Source: Candidatus Omnitrophota bacterium
GTDB taxonomy: Bacteria; Omnitrophota; Gorgyraeia; Zapsychrales; JAHFFX01
Reading direction: 5' to 3'
Assembly: GCA_023247725.1 (NCBI GenBank)
Contig: JAHFFW010000011.1
Coordinates: 5,089 to 69,088 of the forward strand
Length of the DNA stretch: 64,000 bases
The notes below the pieces were generated by a model. It was not told the DNA's origin and made no database searches. It saw only the letters and a program-made list of their open reading frames with translations. A program made the position numbers and the translations under genes. Shown piece after piece: positions 43,450 through 53,781 of this stretch (position 1 is the stretch's first letter; each line of letters opens with the position of its first letter).

Positions 43450-44163
43450 ATGATGAATCGAATCGAAACTATCTCTTTGCCTGAACAAAAAATCCTGACC
43501 GTAACACTCATCATCTCGATTGTTGTGCATAGTCTTTTTTTGCTCAACGTCTCGAGCTTGCGCCTGTTTCGAGCGCAGAAGATTTTAAAGCCAGTCGATA
43601 TTGTATACTTCAAACCCAAGGTGGAAAAAAAGACGGAAAAGCCTCAGGACAAAAAAAATGTTCGCGAGTTAAAGAGCATCAAGCAAGAAAAGTTGGTGGA
43701 TTCGAAAGTGCTGTTAAAAAAAGATTCAGGCGGTTCACCCCTTATTAAAGATATGAACAAACTGGGTTTGGGCGCAACCAAACTGGCACAGAAGCCAGCC
43801 CAAATGGATCGGATGCCTGTCGAACGACGGATTTCGGTTCCACCGATCAAATCCGAGAAGATCAACAATCCCATTTACCTTAATTATTATCAAAGCGTTA
43901 GAATGCGGATCAAGGAACAGGCCTACCGCAATTATACGGACTATACCTCTGGAGAGGTCTATCTGACCTTTGTTCTCCTTTCAGACGGATCGCTCAAACA
44001 ACTTAAGCTCATCGAAGAGAAGACCAATGCCAATTCCAGCCTAAGGACCGTAGGGTTAAAAAGCATCAAAGAATCTAATCCCTTTCCTCCCTTTCCGGCC
44101 GACTTGCGATATCCGGAACTCTCCTTTAATGTCGTCATTTCCTTTGAGGTGAAAGAAAAGTAG
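43450..44163 (+). CDS. TonB-family energy-transducer-like protein (N-terminal TM, basic linker, TonB_C-like domain)
   Basis: TM helix, Lys/Pro-rich linker and C-terminal ...GEVYLTFVLLSDGSLKQLKLIE... resembling TonB C-terminal domains. Confidence 0.5.
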   Translation: MMNRIETISLPEQKILTVTLIISIVVHSLFLLNVSSLRLFRAQKILKPVDIVYFKPKVEKKTEKPQDKKNVRELKSIKQEKLVDSKVLLKKDSGGSPLIKDMNKLGLGATKLAQKPAQMDRMPVERRISVPPIKSEKINNPIYLNYYQSVRMRIKEQAYRNYTDYTSGEVYLTFVLLSDGSLKQLKLIEEKTNANSSLRTVGLKSIKESNPFPPFPADLRYPELSFNVVISFEVKEK

Positions 44164-44218
44164 TCTTTTTAATTTTATTTTCATCGGTTTTTAATGTTTC
44201 TTTCCATACAATGAAGCT

Positions 44219-44806
44219 ATGAAAAACGATGTGAGAATTGGTTTACCCCGTAGAGAGAAAGCCGCCAGCGAAGTCGGCGGTTTTTCTAGAAGTTTTCGAG
44301 GGTGGTATAAAGCCACCGTCGAAAACACCGCTTTACGGGGTTTATTGGTAGGAGTTCTCTTTTTGGTCTTCGCCAATGCACGGTCTGTTGATGCGGAATA
44401 CCGGCGAACCACGACGACCACGACCACAACCGTTTACAATGAAGCTCCGCCTTCCCCAGACACGAGCCATCACCGGTACCTCAATTTTAGAATCGATGTC
44501 AAACCATCCTTTGTATCCAATGAGCGAGTCAGAGGGAACATCACCGTGGAGAATCATTATTCCGAGCCTTTGAGCGAGGTTTTTAATATCAAGCTTTATC
44601 ACAATGATCAGCTATATAAAGAGCTCGAAACCACGGCGGAAAATTTGCTTCCTGGGCAGACGACGTTTTCACTGGATAAATTTGGAATCCCCACCATCAA
44701 TCAAAGCCTGAATTCCCAGGGGCAATGGACCATCGTCATTCGTCCCAAGAGTCTTAGTCCCGCTCAATCTCAAGAAGCGAGTTTCCGCATCCTTCCGGGG
44801 TTTTAG
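44219..44806 (+). CDS. Hypothetical membrane-anchored protein with poly-Thr (T8) linker
   Basis: N-terminal TM, then RRTTTTTTTTVYNEAPPSP encoded by ACG/ACC repeats. No recognised domain. Confidence 0.4.
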   Translation: MKNDVRIGLPRREKAASEVGGFSRSFRGWYKATVENTALRGLLVGVLFLVFANARSVDAEYRRTTTTTTTTVYNEAPPSPDTSHHRYLNFRIDVKPSFVSNERVRGNITVENHYSEPLSEVFNIKLYHNDQLYKELETTAENLLPGQTTFSLDKFGIPTINQSLNSQGQWTIVIRPKSLSPAQSQEASFRILPGF

Positions 44807-44880
44807 ATTTCCATTTAAAAAATAATGATTGAAGGGTTCCTCGTCCCCAGCGTCTAGCTCCTCGCATTATTTTAGCTACT

Positions 44881-44917
44881 GGGGGCTGGTTGCTTGGTGC
44901 CCCCTTCGATTTTTTTG
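44881..44917 (+). terminator. Rho-independent terminator (GGGGGC...GCCCCC stem plus T7 run)
   Basis: GGGGGCTGGTTGCTTGGTGCCCCCTTCGATTTTTTT lies downstream of the poly-Thr gene. Confidence 0.5.
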
Positions 44918-44933
44918 TAATTTCTCGCCTCGA

Positions 44934-44962
44934 TTGACAAGCTCAAACCCCGATGGTATTCT
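44934..44962 (+). promoter_or_regulatory. Sigma70-like promoter (TTGACA-17-TATTCT)
   Basis: TTGACA at 44934-44939 and TATTCT at 44957-44962, upstream of the DUF1844-like gene. Confidence 0.4.
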
Positions 44963-44998
44963 AGTCCATCACTTTTCAATATTTTTAGGGTTAACGAT

Positions 44999-45454
44999 AT
45001 GAATACGAATAACGATGAAAAATATGTTGATGAGGCCTGGAAAGAATCCGTCGCGGATGAAAAAGAGAAAGATCTAGCCAATAAGACCAAAGTCCAGTCC
45101 CAACCCAAATCCCCTGAACCAGAGGAGCCTCGTGTTTCCTCCGAAAAAAAACCAGAAGAATCGTCTGCCAGTGAAGACACCGCTTCCGAAGGCGGAATGA
45201 ATTTTCTGGAATACTTGACCAGTCTTGCTTATCAGGCCATGGTTTTCTTAGGGGAAGTTCCCCACCCGGTGACCAATTTGACGGAAAAGGATTTGCAGCA
45301 AGCCAAGATGCTCATCGACACCTTGCTGGTTTTGCGGACGAAAACCAAAGGGAATCTCACCCGTTCGGAAGAAAACACGCTCAATGCCGCCCTTTATGAG
45401 TTGCAAATGCGGTTTGTTGAAACGATGCGTCAGGAACAAAGAGGGTCTTCATGA
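44999..45454 (+). CDS. Conserved hypothetical protein (DUF1844-like: acidic N-terminus, conserved FLEYL...QA...LG core)
   Basis: An acidic/Ser-rich N-terminus followed by ...NFLEYLTSLAYQAMVFLGEVPHP...DLQQAKMLIDTLLVLRTKTKGNL... resembling the DUF1844 family. Confidence 0.35.
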   Translation: MNTNNDEKYVDEAWKESVADEKEKDLANKTKVQSQPKSPEPEEPRVSSEKKPEESSASEDTASEGGMNFLEYLTSLAYQAMVFLGEVPHPVTNLTEKDLQQAKMLIDTLLVLRTKTKGNLTRSEENTLNAALYELQMRFVETMRQEQRGSS

Positions 45455-45636
45455 TTGACAAAGAACTATTGGCCATTTTGGCTTGCCCAGCCTGTCAAGC
45501 CGATGTGCAGTTAAAAGGCGAAAGAATTATTTGCACGAAGTGCGGCCGTCGATATCCCATCAAAAACGGTATTCCCATTATGCTCATCGATGAGGCTCTA
45601 AAAGATGAAGAAGATTCTGGTCATCCACGGACCTAA
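45451..45636 (+). CDS. Trm112/YcaR-family zinc-ribbon protein
   Basis: [15 protein letters not shown]...[18 protein letters not shown], the UPF0434/Trm112 signature. Confidence 0.75.
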   Translation: MIDKELLAILACPACQADVQLKGERIICTKCGRRYPIKNGIPIMLIDEALKDEEDSGHPRT

Positions 45637-46045
45637 CCTTAATCTTTTGGGAACACGGGAAAAAGATATCTACGGTCAGATCACTCTTGCCGAAATCAAT
45701 CAACAATTACAAAAAAAGGCGCGAACCCAAGAGGTGGAATTGGAAATTTTTCAATCCAATCATGAGGGGGAAATTGTTGATATCATTCAGAAGGCCAAAA
45801 ATAATCAGGTGGGTGCGATCTTGATTAATCCGGCCGGTTATACTCACACGAGTGTCGCCATCCGTGATGCCATCCTCGCCGTGGGGATTCCGACCGTGGA
45901 GGTGCACCTCTCCAACATTCATTCCCGGGAAGATTTTCGCCACACCTCGCTCATCGCGCCGGTGGCCAAGGGGCAAGTCAGCGGCTTTGGCGCGAACAGC
46001 TACTATCTTGGACTGGATGCGGCTCTTTCGTTATTGGCCTCATGA
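45605..46045 (+). CDS. aroQ: 3-dehydroquinate dehydratase type II
   Basis: [19 protein letters not shown]...HTS motifs of type II DHQase. Confidence 0.9.
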   Translation: MKKILVIHGPNLNLLGTREKDIYGQITLAEINQQLQKKARTQEVELEIFQSNHEGEIVDIIQKAKNNQVGAILINPAGYTHTSVAIRDAILAVGIPTVEVHLSNIHSREDFRHTSLIAPVAKGQVSGFGANSYYLGLDAALSLLAS

Positions 46046-47124
46046 CTTTGGTCAATCCTTACCTTATTTCCCGCCGGAAAAATTTTTTTTCTAAGCTTGC
46101 GGCTCATCACCTGGACGGCTATTTGATCACCAGCGATATCAATATCCGTTATCTGACGGGATTTCCCGCTTCCGAATCTTGGTTACTCGTTTCCCCCAAA
46201 AAAAGTTATTACATGACCGATTTTCGCTACGTCCTGGAAGCTCGGCAAGGTTTGCCGGGGATCGCGGTCCATCGATATCGGTCTTCGCTCTCCAAGGCTT
46301 TTGGGAGTCTGGCGCGCGCGCTGCGTTTAGAGCGAATCGGCTTCGATGACCGTCATTTGTCGTTCCATGCCTTTAAGCGTTTGAAAAATGAGCGTCCTGC
46401 CTCCATCAAATTGATTGCGGTCAACGGTTTGGTTGAAGAATTGCGAGAAATCAAAGATGCCGGGGAGATCAACCTTATCCGGCAGGCGCTCAAATTGCAT
46501 TTGGAAGCCTACCGGTTTCTCAAAGGTGTCATTAAACCGGGGGTCAGGGAAAGCGAAGTTCTGCTTCAATTGGAGCGTTTTGTCCGCGATCGCAAGGTTG
46601 GTTTTGCCTTTGACCCGATCATTGCCTCGGGGCCAAATTCCTGCCTTCCGCACGCCAAAATCACAGACCGGAAAATTCAACCTCATGAGCCAGTTCTCGT
46701 CGACATCGGGATCGAGGTCGATGGCTATAAGTCCGACTTGACACGAATTTTCTTTTTAGGTACAATACCGCATCTTGTGAGGAAAATTTATTCTGCCGTT
46801 GCGCTGGCTCAGGAAAAAGCCATCACAAAGATCCAACCCGGCGTCAGGGTTGCGGACATCGATGCCCAGGCGCGGCGCTATCTGAATAGTCAAAAGTTAG
46901 GTCAATTCTTTGGCCATTCCTTGGGACACGGCGTGGGTTTGGAAATCCATGAAGGTCCGCGGTTGTCCTCCCAAAGTTCCTCCATTCTCAAGGAGAATAT
47001 GGTCGTTACGGTTGAACCAGCCGTTTACCTCCCCCAAAAATTTGGTATCCGGATCGAAGATATGGTTTTGGTTACCGCCGGCGGTTGTGAGGTGTTGAGT
47101 GGAAATCGGAATCACCGAGATTAA
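46042..47124 (+). CDS. pepP: Xaa-Pro aminopeptidase (M24B)
   Basis: N-terminal creatinase-like domain plus a C-terminal pita-bread domain with HGVGLEIHE. Confidence 0.8.
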   Translation: MTLVNPYLISRRKNFFSKLAAHHLDGYLITSDINIRYLTGFPASESWLLVSPKKSYYMTDFRYVLEARQGLPGIAVHRYRSSLSKAFGSLARALRLERIGFDDRHLSFHAFKRLKNERPASIKLIAVNGLVEELREIKDAGEINLIRQALKLHLEAYRFLKGVIKPGVRESEVLLQLERFVRDRKVGFAFDPIIASGPNSCLPHAKITDRKIQPHEPVLVDIGIEVDGYKSDLTRIFFLGTIPHLVRKIYSAVALAQEKAITKIQPGVRVADIDAQARRYLNSQKLGQFFGHSLGHGVGLEIHEGPRLSSQSSSILKENMVVTVEPAVYLPQKFGIRIEDMVLVTAGGCEVLSGNRNHRD

Positions 47125-47665
47125 GAACGGCATCGGGCTGGTTTTAAACGGTGAGGTTTGGATTGTCGTGGACGTTCAGCATGTGAAGCCGGGTAAAGGC
47201 GCTGCCTTTGTCCGCGCCAAGCTCAAGAATCTTAAGACCGATTTGGTCTTGGAGAAGACATTCCGCAACGCCGACCGGATCGAAGAGGCCTTCCTCGAAG
47301 AAAAGCGTCTCTTGTATCAATACAATGCCGGAGATTTTTACCATTTCATGGATCAGGAGACTTACGAAGAGTTGACCATCACCAGAGAACAGATGGGGGA
47401 GTCGATTCACTTTCTTGCGGACAACATGGAAGTGACAGCCGTCGTTTTTAATCACAAGATTCAGAAGATTTATCTTCCCACCTTCATTGTCACCCAGATT
47501 AGCGAAACCGAACCAGGCTTTAAGGGTGATTCCTCAAAAGCCGGAACCAAGCCCGCGAAAATTGTTACCGGCGCCCACGTGCAGGTGCCTTTGTTCATCA
47601 ATGTCGGAGATTGGGTTAAGATCGATACCCGGGATGGTTCTTACGTCGAAAGGGTGCAAAAATGA
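47099..47665 (+). CDS. efp: Elongation factor P
   Basis: ...HVKPGKGAAFVRAKLKNL..., the EF-P KOW-like domain I. 188 aa. Confidence 0.92.
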   Translation: MEIGITEIKNGIGLVLNGEVWIVVDVQHVKPGKGAAFVRAKLKNLKTDLVLEKTFRNADRIEEAFLEEKRLLYQYNAGDFYHFMDQETYEELTITREQMGESIHFLADNMEVTAVVFNHKIQKIYLPTFIVTQISETEPGFKGDSSKAGTKPAKIVTGAHVQVPLFINVGDWVKIDTRDGSYVERVQK

Positions 47666-48123
47666 ATTTGAAGGAAATCAAGGATTTGATCAATCTTATG
47701 AACGAGAATGATCTGACCGAATTGGAGATTGAGAAAGAAGGTTCGAAGATCAAACTGAAAAAATCCTCCTCCGAATATCCAGAAAGCTTCCCTGCGCATC
47801 CTTCCCAATACCGAATAGAGGCGATCCCCTCGCCAAAATCAAATGAAGAATCTGCCGCGATTAAAGAGAATAATGGGAAGACCGGCAAACTCATCACCTC
47901 CCCGATGGTCGGAACCTTTTATCGAGCGCCTTCCCCAGAAGCGGCGTCTTTCGTCGATGTCGGCCAAACCGTAGAAATTGGTCAGGTTGTTTGCATCGTC
48001 GAAGCGATGAAATTGATGAATGAAATCAAGTCCGAGGTTCGCGGAAAAATCGTCGAGGTCGCCGTTCAGAATGCGGAACCCGTGGAATTCGGACAGACCC
48101 TGTTCGTCGTGGAGCCGATCTAA
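47662..48123 (+). CDS. accB: Biotin carboxyl carrier protein of acetyl-CoA carboxylase
   Basis: C-terminal biotinyl domain with the EAMKLMNEI motif. Confidence 0.9.
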   Translation: MNLKEIKDLINLMNENDLTELEIEKEGSKIKLKKSSSEYPESFPAHPSQYRIEAIPSPKSNEESAAIKENNGKTGKLITSPMVGTFYRAPSPEAASFVDVGQTVEIGQVVCIVEAMKLMNEIKSEVRGKIVEVAVQNAEPVEFGQTLFVVEPI

Positions 48124-48184
48124 GATTCGAATTTTTTTTTTAACAATGGCTTTTGGATGATGACCGCTAAAACGCTAAGGATTT

Positions 48185-49546
48185 ATGTTTTCCAAAATAT
48201 TAATTGCGAACCGGGGCGAGATTGCGCTACGCATTATTCGGGCTTGTAAAGAAATGGGTATCCGCACGGTGGCGGTATACTCTCAGGCGGACCGCGAATC
48301 AGCCCATGTGCGGTTTGCTGATGAAGCGGTTTGCATTGGGAACCCTCCGAGTCGCGATAGCTATCTGAATATTCCGGCAATTATTTCAGCGGCGGAGATC
48401 ACCGACGTCGAAGCCATCCATCCGGGCTACGGATTCTTGGCTGAGAATGCGCACTTCGCGGACATCTGCGAATCCTGTCATATCACCTTTATTGGGCCCA
48501 GCTCCGCCACTATCCGTCACATGGGCGATAAGGTGGTGGCGCGCGAGACCATGCGCAAGATCGGTGTTCCGGTAACGCCGGGTTGTGAAGGGGTGGTGAA
48601 GTCCCAAAATGAGGCGCTGGAGATCGCCAAGAAAATCCGCTATCCGGTCATTATCAAGGCGGCGGCCGGTGGTGGGGGCAAAGGCATGCGCGTCTGTCAT
48701 AATGATGCGACGCTGCGCACCCAGTTCTCCATCGCACAGAATGAAGCCGAGACCAATTTCGGAAATCCGGATGTCTACATCGAAAAATATATCTCCGACC
48801 CCCGGCATATTGAGTTTCAGATCGTGGCCGACCACCATGGGCATATCCTTCATTTAGGAGAGCGTGACTGCACGGTCCAAAGACGCCACCAAAAACTCAT
48901 TGAGGAATCACCGTCGCCGGCTTTGGAAGAAAAATTACGAAAAAAAATGGGAGAAATAGCCGTTAAGGCGGCCAAGGCCGCGAATTATCGGGGCGTGGGA
49001 ACGATCGAATTCCTTCTCGATAATAATGGCCATTTTTATTTTATGGAGATGAATACCCGGATCCAGGTCGAGCACCCGGTGACCGAAATGGTGACGGGAA
49101 TTGATATCGTCAAGGAGCAGATGCGCCTCGCCTACGGCGGCAAACTCAAAATGCGGCAGGAAGATGTGCGCTTGCGCGGCCATTCTCTGGAATGCCGGAT
49201 CAATGCGGAGGACCCGGAAAATAATTTTATGCCCTGCCCCGGCAAGATTGAGGAGCTTAACCTGCCGGGAGGGTTCGGCGTTCGTGTCGATACCCATATT
49301 TATCCGGGATATACGATCGGACCGAATTATGATTCGCTCATGGCCAAACTCATTGTGCATGGTCGAAATCGGGAGGAATCGATCCGGATTATGCTGCGTG
49401 CTTTGGATGAATTTTATATTGCCCCCATCAAAAATACCATTGGTCTGCATCAGAAGATTTTGAATCATCCGCAGTTCGTGAAGGGAACGATCTCGACGCA
49501 TTTCTTAGAGAAAATTTTGAAAACCGACGGGGAGGCCCACAAATGA
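48185..49546 (+). CDS. accC: Biotin carboxylase
   Basis: ATP-grasp biotin carboxylase motifs (...[18 protein letters not shown]...), 453 aa. Confidence 0.95.
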   Translation: MFSKILIANRGEIALRIIRACKEMGIRTVAVYSQADRESAHVRFADEAVCIGNPPSRDSYLNIPAIISAAEITDVEAIHPGYGFLAENAHFADICESCHITFIGPSSATIRHMGDKVVARETMRKIGVPVTPGCEGVVKSQNEALEIAKKIRYPVIIKAAAGGGGKGMRVCHNDATLRTQFSIAQNEAETNFGNPDVYIEKYISDPRHIEFQIVADHHGHILHLGERDCTVQRRHQKLIEESPSPALEEKLRKKMGEIAVKAAKAANYRGVGTIEFLLDNNGHFYFMEMNTRIQVEHPVTEMVTGIDIVKEQMRLAYGGKLKMRQEDVRLRGHSLECRINAEDPENNFMPCPGKIEELNLPGGFGVRVDTHIYPGYTIGPNYDSLMAKLIVHGRNREESIRIMLRALDEFYIAPIKNTIGLHQKILNHPQFVKGTISTHFLEKILKTDGEAHK

Positions 49547-49899
49547 TTGATTCCAGCCGGGTGGATCTGGGTTCCATCCAAGTCCATAAAAAGGCCATCG
49601 CTGATCTTGCGGTCTCAGCGCTCACGGATATCGAAGGCATTCGGCTTTTTCCCGGAGACCTGTGGCATAAAACGCGAGAGATGTTGGGTTACAAAGGCCA
49701 TCCCGGAATCGGCGTGACGGTTGACAAAAATAATCAGGTATCCATGGAAATCAAGGTAATCGTTCGCTACGGGATCAATATCCCTGATATCGCGCGCCAA
49801 GTTCAGGAAATTGTTCGCACCGCCGTCGAGCGGACGATCGACCTGAGCCTCAAAGATATCAATGTCAATGTACAAGGCATAGAGAGGGGGAAAGAATGA
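49543..49899 (+). CDS. Asp23/Gls24-family alkaline shock protein
   Basis: ...[22 protein letters not shown]..., the Asp23 signature. Confidence 0.75.
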   Translation: MIDSSRVDLGSIQVHKKAIADLAVSALTDIEGIRLFPGDLWHKTREMLGYKGHPGIGVTVDKNNQVSMEIKVIVRYGINIPDIARQVQEIVRTAVERTIDLSLKDINVNVQGIERGKE

Positions 49900-50501
49900 G
49901 ACTTTTTACGCGGATATCGGTCTTATTTTATGTGCTCGTTTTATCCGTTCTCTGCGGCACGGTTGGGTTGTTTGTGACTCATATCATTTCTTTAAATGAT
50001 CTCTATAGAATCCTTGAAATCGCCTATCATGACACGGATGCCCGTACGATCCTGGGACTTGTCAGTGCCGGGATTATTCTTTTGAGTTTTCTTTCCGCCC
50101 GGATTATTTATGGAAGTTATCAGAAGGAACGGACGATTGCCTTCGACAATCCCTCTGGTCGAGTCACGGTGTCCTTGTCCGCCCTCGAGGATATGGTCCG
50201 TCGGGTGGTTTTGCGCGTTCCCGATATCAAGGAAGTCAAAAGCGGGATCATTGCCACAAAAAAAGGATTGGAGGTAGAAATTCGTCTGATTTTGAAAGGC
50301 GACATGCACATTCCGGAAATGACCGCTTCGTTACAGGAAACGGTGAAGAATAAGATTCAAGATACGATCGGAATCGAGGAATCCGTTGTTGTTAAAGTGC
50401 ACGTGATCAAGATATCGACGGAAGAATACAAGCCCAAAAAGGTCAAGGGCGAGCAGCCGGAAGACCGACAAACGCTTCCCTTTCAAGGTTACCGAGCCTA
50501 A
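49896..50501 (+). CDS. Asp23 membrane-anchor partner (AmaP-like)
   Basis: Two N-terminal TM helices and a conserved partnership downstream of Asp23. Confidence 0.5.
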   Translation: MRLFTRISVLFYVLVLSVLCGTVGLFVTHIISLNDLYRILEIAYHDTDARTILGLVSAGIILLSFLSARIIYGSYQKERTIAFDNPSGRVTVSLSALEDMVRRVVLRVPDIKEVKSGIIATKKGLEVEIRLILKGDMHIPEMTASLQETVKNKIQDTIGIEESVVVKVHVIKISTEEYKPKKVKGEQPEDRQTLPFQGYRA

Positions 50502-50518
50502 CGGTTTAAAGGATTTCT

Positions 50519-51550
50519 ATGAAAAAAATTGGCGTATTGACCGGCGGTGCGGATTGTCCGGGGTTGAACTCCGTCATCCGTGCGATTGTGCGAAAGGCCA
50601 TGCTCGAAGGGATCGTCGTGACCGGTGTCAAGAACGGATGGAGGGGGCTCATTGATAATGATATGAAAATTTTAGACCTCAGATCCATCTCGGGAATTTT
50701 GGACCGGGGCGGCACGATCCTTGGAACCAGCCGGATCAATCCACTGAAGGATCCTCATCATGAACAAATTAAAAAGATCAAAGAGAATTACAAGCGTAGC
50801 GGCATGGACGGGCTTATTGCCGTCGGTGGGGAAGAAACTCTCAAGGTCACCCTCGAATTGCATAAAGAGGGGATTATCAAAGCGGTCGCCGTTCCCAAAT
50901 CCATTGACAATGCCCTCTCCGGTACCGATTACGCTTTCGGTTTTGACACGGCGGTTAATATCGCCACCGAATGCATTGATCGTTTGCATACGACGGCCGA
51001 ATCGCATCACCGGATCATGGTCGTCGAAGTCATGGGATTATATACCGGATGGATTGCCTTGGAGGCCGGCATTGCCGGAGGTGCAGACATTATTCTGATT
51101 CCGGAGATTCCGGTCAACATGCAGGAAATCTGCGATGCGGTCAAAAACCGCCATAAAAGGGGAAAAACGTTTACCATCATTGTCATTTCCGAAGGCACAG
51201 AGGTCCGCGGTTATTCTCGCAATCGTGAGCACGTGGATGATTTCGGACTCATTCGGAAAACCGGCATTGGGGAAATCGTGGCTAAAATCATTGAACAGGA
51301 AACCGGTTATGAAACCCGGGTGAGTGTTCTGGGATATATTCAGCGGGGAGGAACTCCGACGGCGTATGATCGTCTGATTGGAACGCGTTTCGGCGTGAAG
51401 GCCGTTGAGCTTGTCATCGAGGGGAAATTCGGAAAGATGGTCAGCTTGCAAGACAACAAACTGCATAGCGTGGATATTGAAGAAGCCGTGCGTGAACGCA
51501 AGAAAGTCGATATGGATCTTTACGAAATGGCGAAAGTTTTTTTTGCTTGA
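50519..51550 (+). CDS. pfkA: 6-phosphofructokinase
   Basis: GGDCPGLN, ...GGDGS-like and ...MGR... motifs of the PFK-A family. 343 aa. Confidence 0.88.
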   Translation: MKKIGVLTGGADCPGLNSVIRAIVRKAMLEGIVVTGVKNGWRGLIDNDMKILDLRSISGILDRGGTILGTSRINPLKDPHHEQIKKIKENYKRSGMDGLIAVGGEETLKVTLELHKEGIIKAVAVPKSIDNALSGTDYAFGFDTAVNIATECIDRLHTTAESHHRIMVVEVMGLYTGWIALEAGIAGGADIILIPEIPVNMQEICDAVKNRHKRGKTFTIIVISEGTEVRGYSRNREHVDDFGLIRKTGIGEIVAKIIEQETGYETRVSVLGYIQRGGTPTAYDRLIGTRFGVKAVELVIEGKFGKMVSLQDNKLHSVDIEEAVRERKKVDMDLYEMAKVFFA

Positions 51551-52140
51551 GGTCAATTCCCGCTCTTATGAAAGAACGAATTCAATCCATTTTCAAAGAA
51601 TCATCCCTTGTCCAGGAAGCCACCCTCAAAGATAATCTGGAAGCGATTCAGAATGCGGTTCAAACGATCCGTGAATGCCTGCGCCAGGGCGGCAAACTCC
51701 TCATCTTCGGCAACGGGGGTTCGGCCGCGGACAGCCAGCACATCGCCGCGGAATTCATCGGTCGTTTCCAGAAGGAGCGTCCATCCTTACCGGCGATTGC
51801 CTTGACGACCGACAGTTCGATTTTGACCGCGTTGGGAAACGATTATGGGTTCGAGACCGTTTTTGCCCGGCAGATCGCAGGGTTAGGAAAAAAGGTCGAC
51901 GTGGCCTTTGCGATTTCCACCAGCGGCAATTCCCGTAATGTCCTCGAGGGTGCAAAACAAGCCAGGAAGATGGGACTAAAGGTCATTGGTCTTAGCGGTG
52001 GCGCCGGAGGAAAACTCGCTCCTTTGTGCGATATCAATTTGATCGCCGCTTCGAAGATCACCGCGCGGATTCAGGAAGCGCATATGTGTTTGTATCATAC
52101 GATTTGTGAATTGGTTGAATCCGAATTTAGTCAGAAGTGA
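51547..52140 (+). CDS. gmhA: Phosphoheptose isomerase (SIS domain)
   Basis: ...LLIFGNGGSAADSQHIAAEF..., the GmhA signature. Confidence 0.88.
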   Translation: MRSIPALMKERIQSIFKESSLVQEATLKDNLEAIQNAVQTIRECLRQGGKLLIFGNGGSAADSQHIAAEFIGRFQKERPSLPAIALTTDSSILTALGNDYGFETVFARQIAGLGKKVDVAFAISTSGNSRNVLEGAKQARKMGLKVIGLSGGAGGKLAPLCDINLIAASKITARIQEAHMCLYHTICELVESEFSQK

Positions 52141-52622
52141 GAAATAAACAAAAAATTGTTGGATTGGCGGCTTTAAAAAAGATAGTTCGGCTTGGGCGCA
52201 AAAATGGCCGCCGGATTGCCTTCACCAACGGATGCTTCGATATTTTGCATTACGGCCACATCCGTTACCTGCAAAAAGCCAAGCGCGCCGATCGGATCCT
52301 CATCGTGGGTGTGAATTCGGATTCTTCCGTCAAGGAGCTCAAGGGAGCGCAGCGACCCGTCAATCCCCAACACGCGCGCGCTGCGGTCTTGGCCGCGTTG
52401 GAATGCGTCGATTATGTCACTATTTTTTCGGAATCGACACCGACCCGATTGATTGCCGCGATCAAACCCGATATTTTGATCAAAGGTGCTGACTGGAAAG
52501 GAAAAGCGGTTGCGGGCAGCGACCTCGTGCGATCGACCGGAGGTAAAATAGAATTTGTTCCTTTTATAGAAGGATTTTCATCAACGGGTTTAATTGATGC
52601 GCTCAAGAAACAATGTGGATAA
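52137..52622 (+). CDS. D-glycero-beta-D-manno-heptose 1-phosphate adenylyltransferase (RfaE domain II / HldC-like cytidylyltransferase fold)
   Basis: GCFDILHYGH nucleotidyltransferase motif. The standalone domain II lies next to gmhA. Confidence 0.8.
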   Translation: MRNKQKIVGLAALKKIVRLGRKNGRRIAFTNGCFDILHYGHIRYLQKAKRADRILIVGVNSDSSVKELKGAQRPVNPQHARAAVLAALECVDYVTIFSESTPTRLIAAIKPDILIKGADWKGKAVAGSDLVRSTGGKIEFVPFIEGFSSTGLIDALKKQCG

Positions 52623-53064
52623 GAGAGTTGATCAAAAGCTCGATCGCATTCTGGATGCGAATTTTAATCGCACCAAAGAAGGTCTAAGAGTCTGCGAAGA
52701 TGTCTGCCGGTTCTTTCTTAATGAGCGTCGGTTAACGCAACGATTTAAGGCCGTGCGGCATGAGTTGACGCGCTTGATCGGCCCGCCGTACCTGCAGCGT
52801 TTTTTACAAGGCCGGGCCATCGCGCAAGACGTGGGACGCCGGACCAGTGCGCCTGAACTCAAGCGTCAAAACCTAACGGATGTTTTTTACGCCAATTGCC
52901 AGAGGGTCAAAGAATCCATCCGCGTCTTGGAAGAATTTCTAAAATTGCGCGACCGGCGAGCGGCCATGGGCGTTAAGAAACTCCGCTATTCTGTTTATGA
53001 TCTGGAAAAGCAAGCTGCGCTCCAATTGCCGGCTTTACCTCATTCTCGACACAGCCGTCCATGA
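52594..53064 (+). CDS. Hypothetical protein upstream of and overlapping thiE (possible ThiE-associated N-terminal domain)
   Basis: A 156-aa ORF whose last 68 nt overlap thiE in another frame. No motif recognised. Confidence 0.35.
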   Translation: MMRSRNNVDKRVDQKLDRILDANFNRTKEGLRVCEDVCRFFLNERRLTQRFKAVRHELTRLIGPPYLQRFLQGRAIAQDVGRRTSAPELKRQNLTDVFYANCQRVKESIRVLEEFLKLRDRRAAMGVKKLRYSVYDLEKQAALQLPALPHSRHSRP

Positions 53065-53635
53065 TTACGGGCGATTGTTACGGATCGTTCGGCAAGGTTT
53101 GGCCGGCGGTGTGGATGTATTTCAGTTAAGGGATAAAAAAGGTTCAGATCGATCGATCATTGATTTTATTCGAAAGGCATTAAGGACGATCAAAGGCCGT
53201 TGTCCTTTCCTAATCAATGACCGGGTGGATTTGGCTTTGGCTTCGCGCTGTGATGGCGTGCACTTAGGTCAGGAGGATTTGCCCGTCGCTACGGCTCGGC
53301 AAATGCTGGGTCCTCGTGCGATCATTGGGGTCTCTTGCCAGGATTTAAAGGCTGTGGATGAGGCCAACAAAGCTGGCGCTGATTATATCGGTTTCGGTTC
53401 GGTATTTAAAACCGCGACGAAGCCGGAGCGTTCGGAAATGGATTTGAATCTCTTAAAAAAAGCGGCGGCGCGTTCAAGCATTCCGCTATTTGCGATCGGC
53501 GGGATTACTTTAGAGAATTTAGGATTGGTTAAAGCGGCCGGAGTCAAACGCATCGCTGTGTGCCGGGCCATTTGTTTGGCCGATGACGATTTTTTAGCCG
53601 CTAAAAAATTTCAGCAGATTTTGAATTCGCCTTAA
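52997..53635 (+). CDS. thiE: Thiamine-phosphate synthase
   Basis: ...LYLILDTAV...VDVFQLRDK...GVHLGQEDLP...IGVSCQ...GADYIGFGSVF..., ThiE TIM-barrel motifs. Confidence 0.88.
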   Translation: MIWKSKLRSNCRLYLILDTAVHDYGRLLRIVRQGLAGGVDVFQLRDKKGSDRSIIDFIRKALRTIKGRCPFLINDRVDLALASRCDGVHLGQEDLPVATARQMLGPRAIIGVSCQDLKAVDEANKAGADYIGFGSVFKTATKPERSEMDLNLLKKAAARSSIPLFAIGGITLENLGLVKAAGVKRIAVCRAICLADDDFLAAKKFQQILNSP

Positions 53636-53671
53636 CCCATTTGATCTTTATGACAAAAACCGCTTGTCTTT

Positions 53672-53743
<72 letters not shown>

Positions 53744-53781
53744 CAAGAATCCCGGCCCAAACCGCAGTCGTTCGACCCGCC

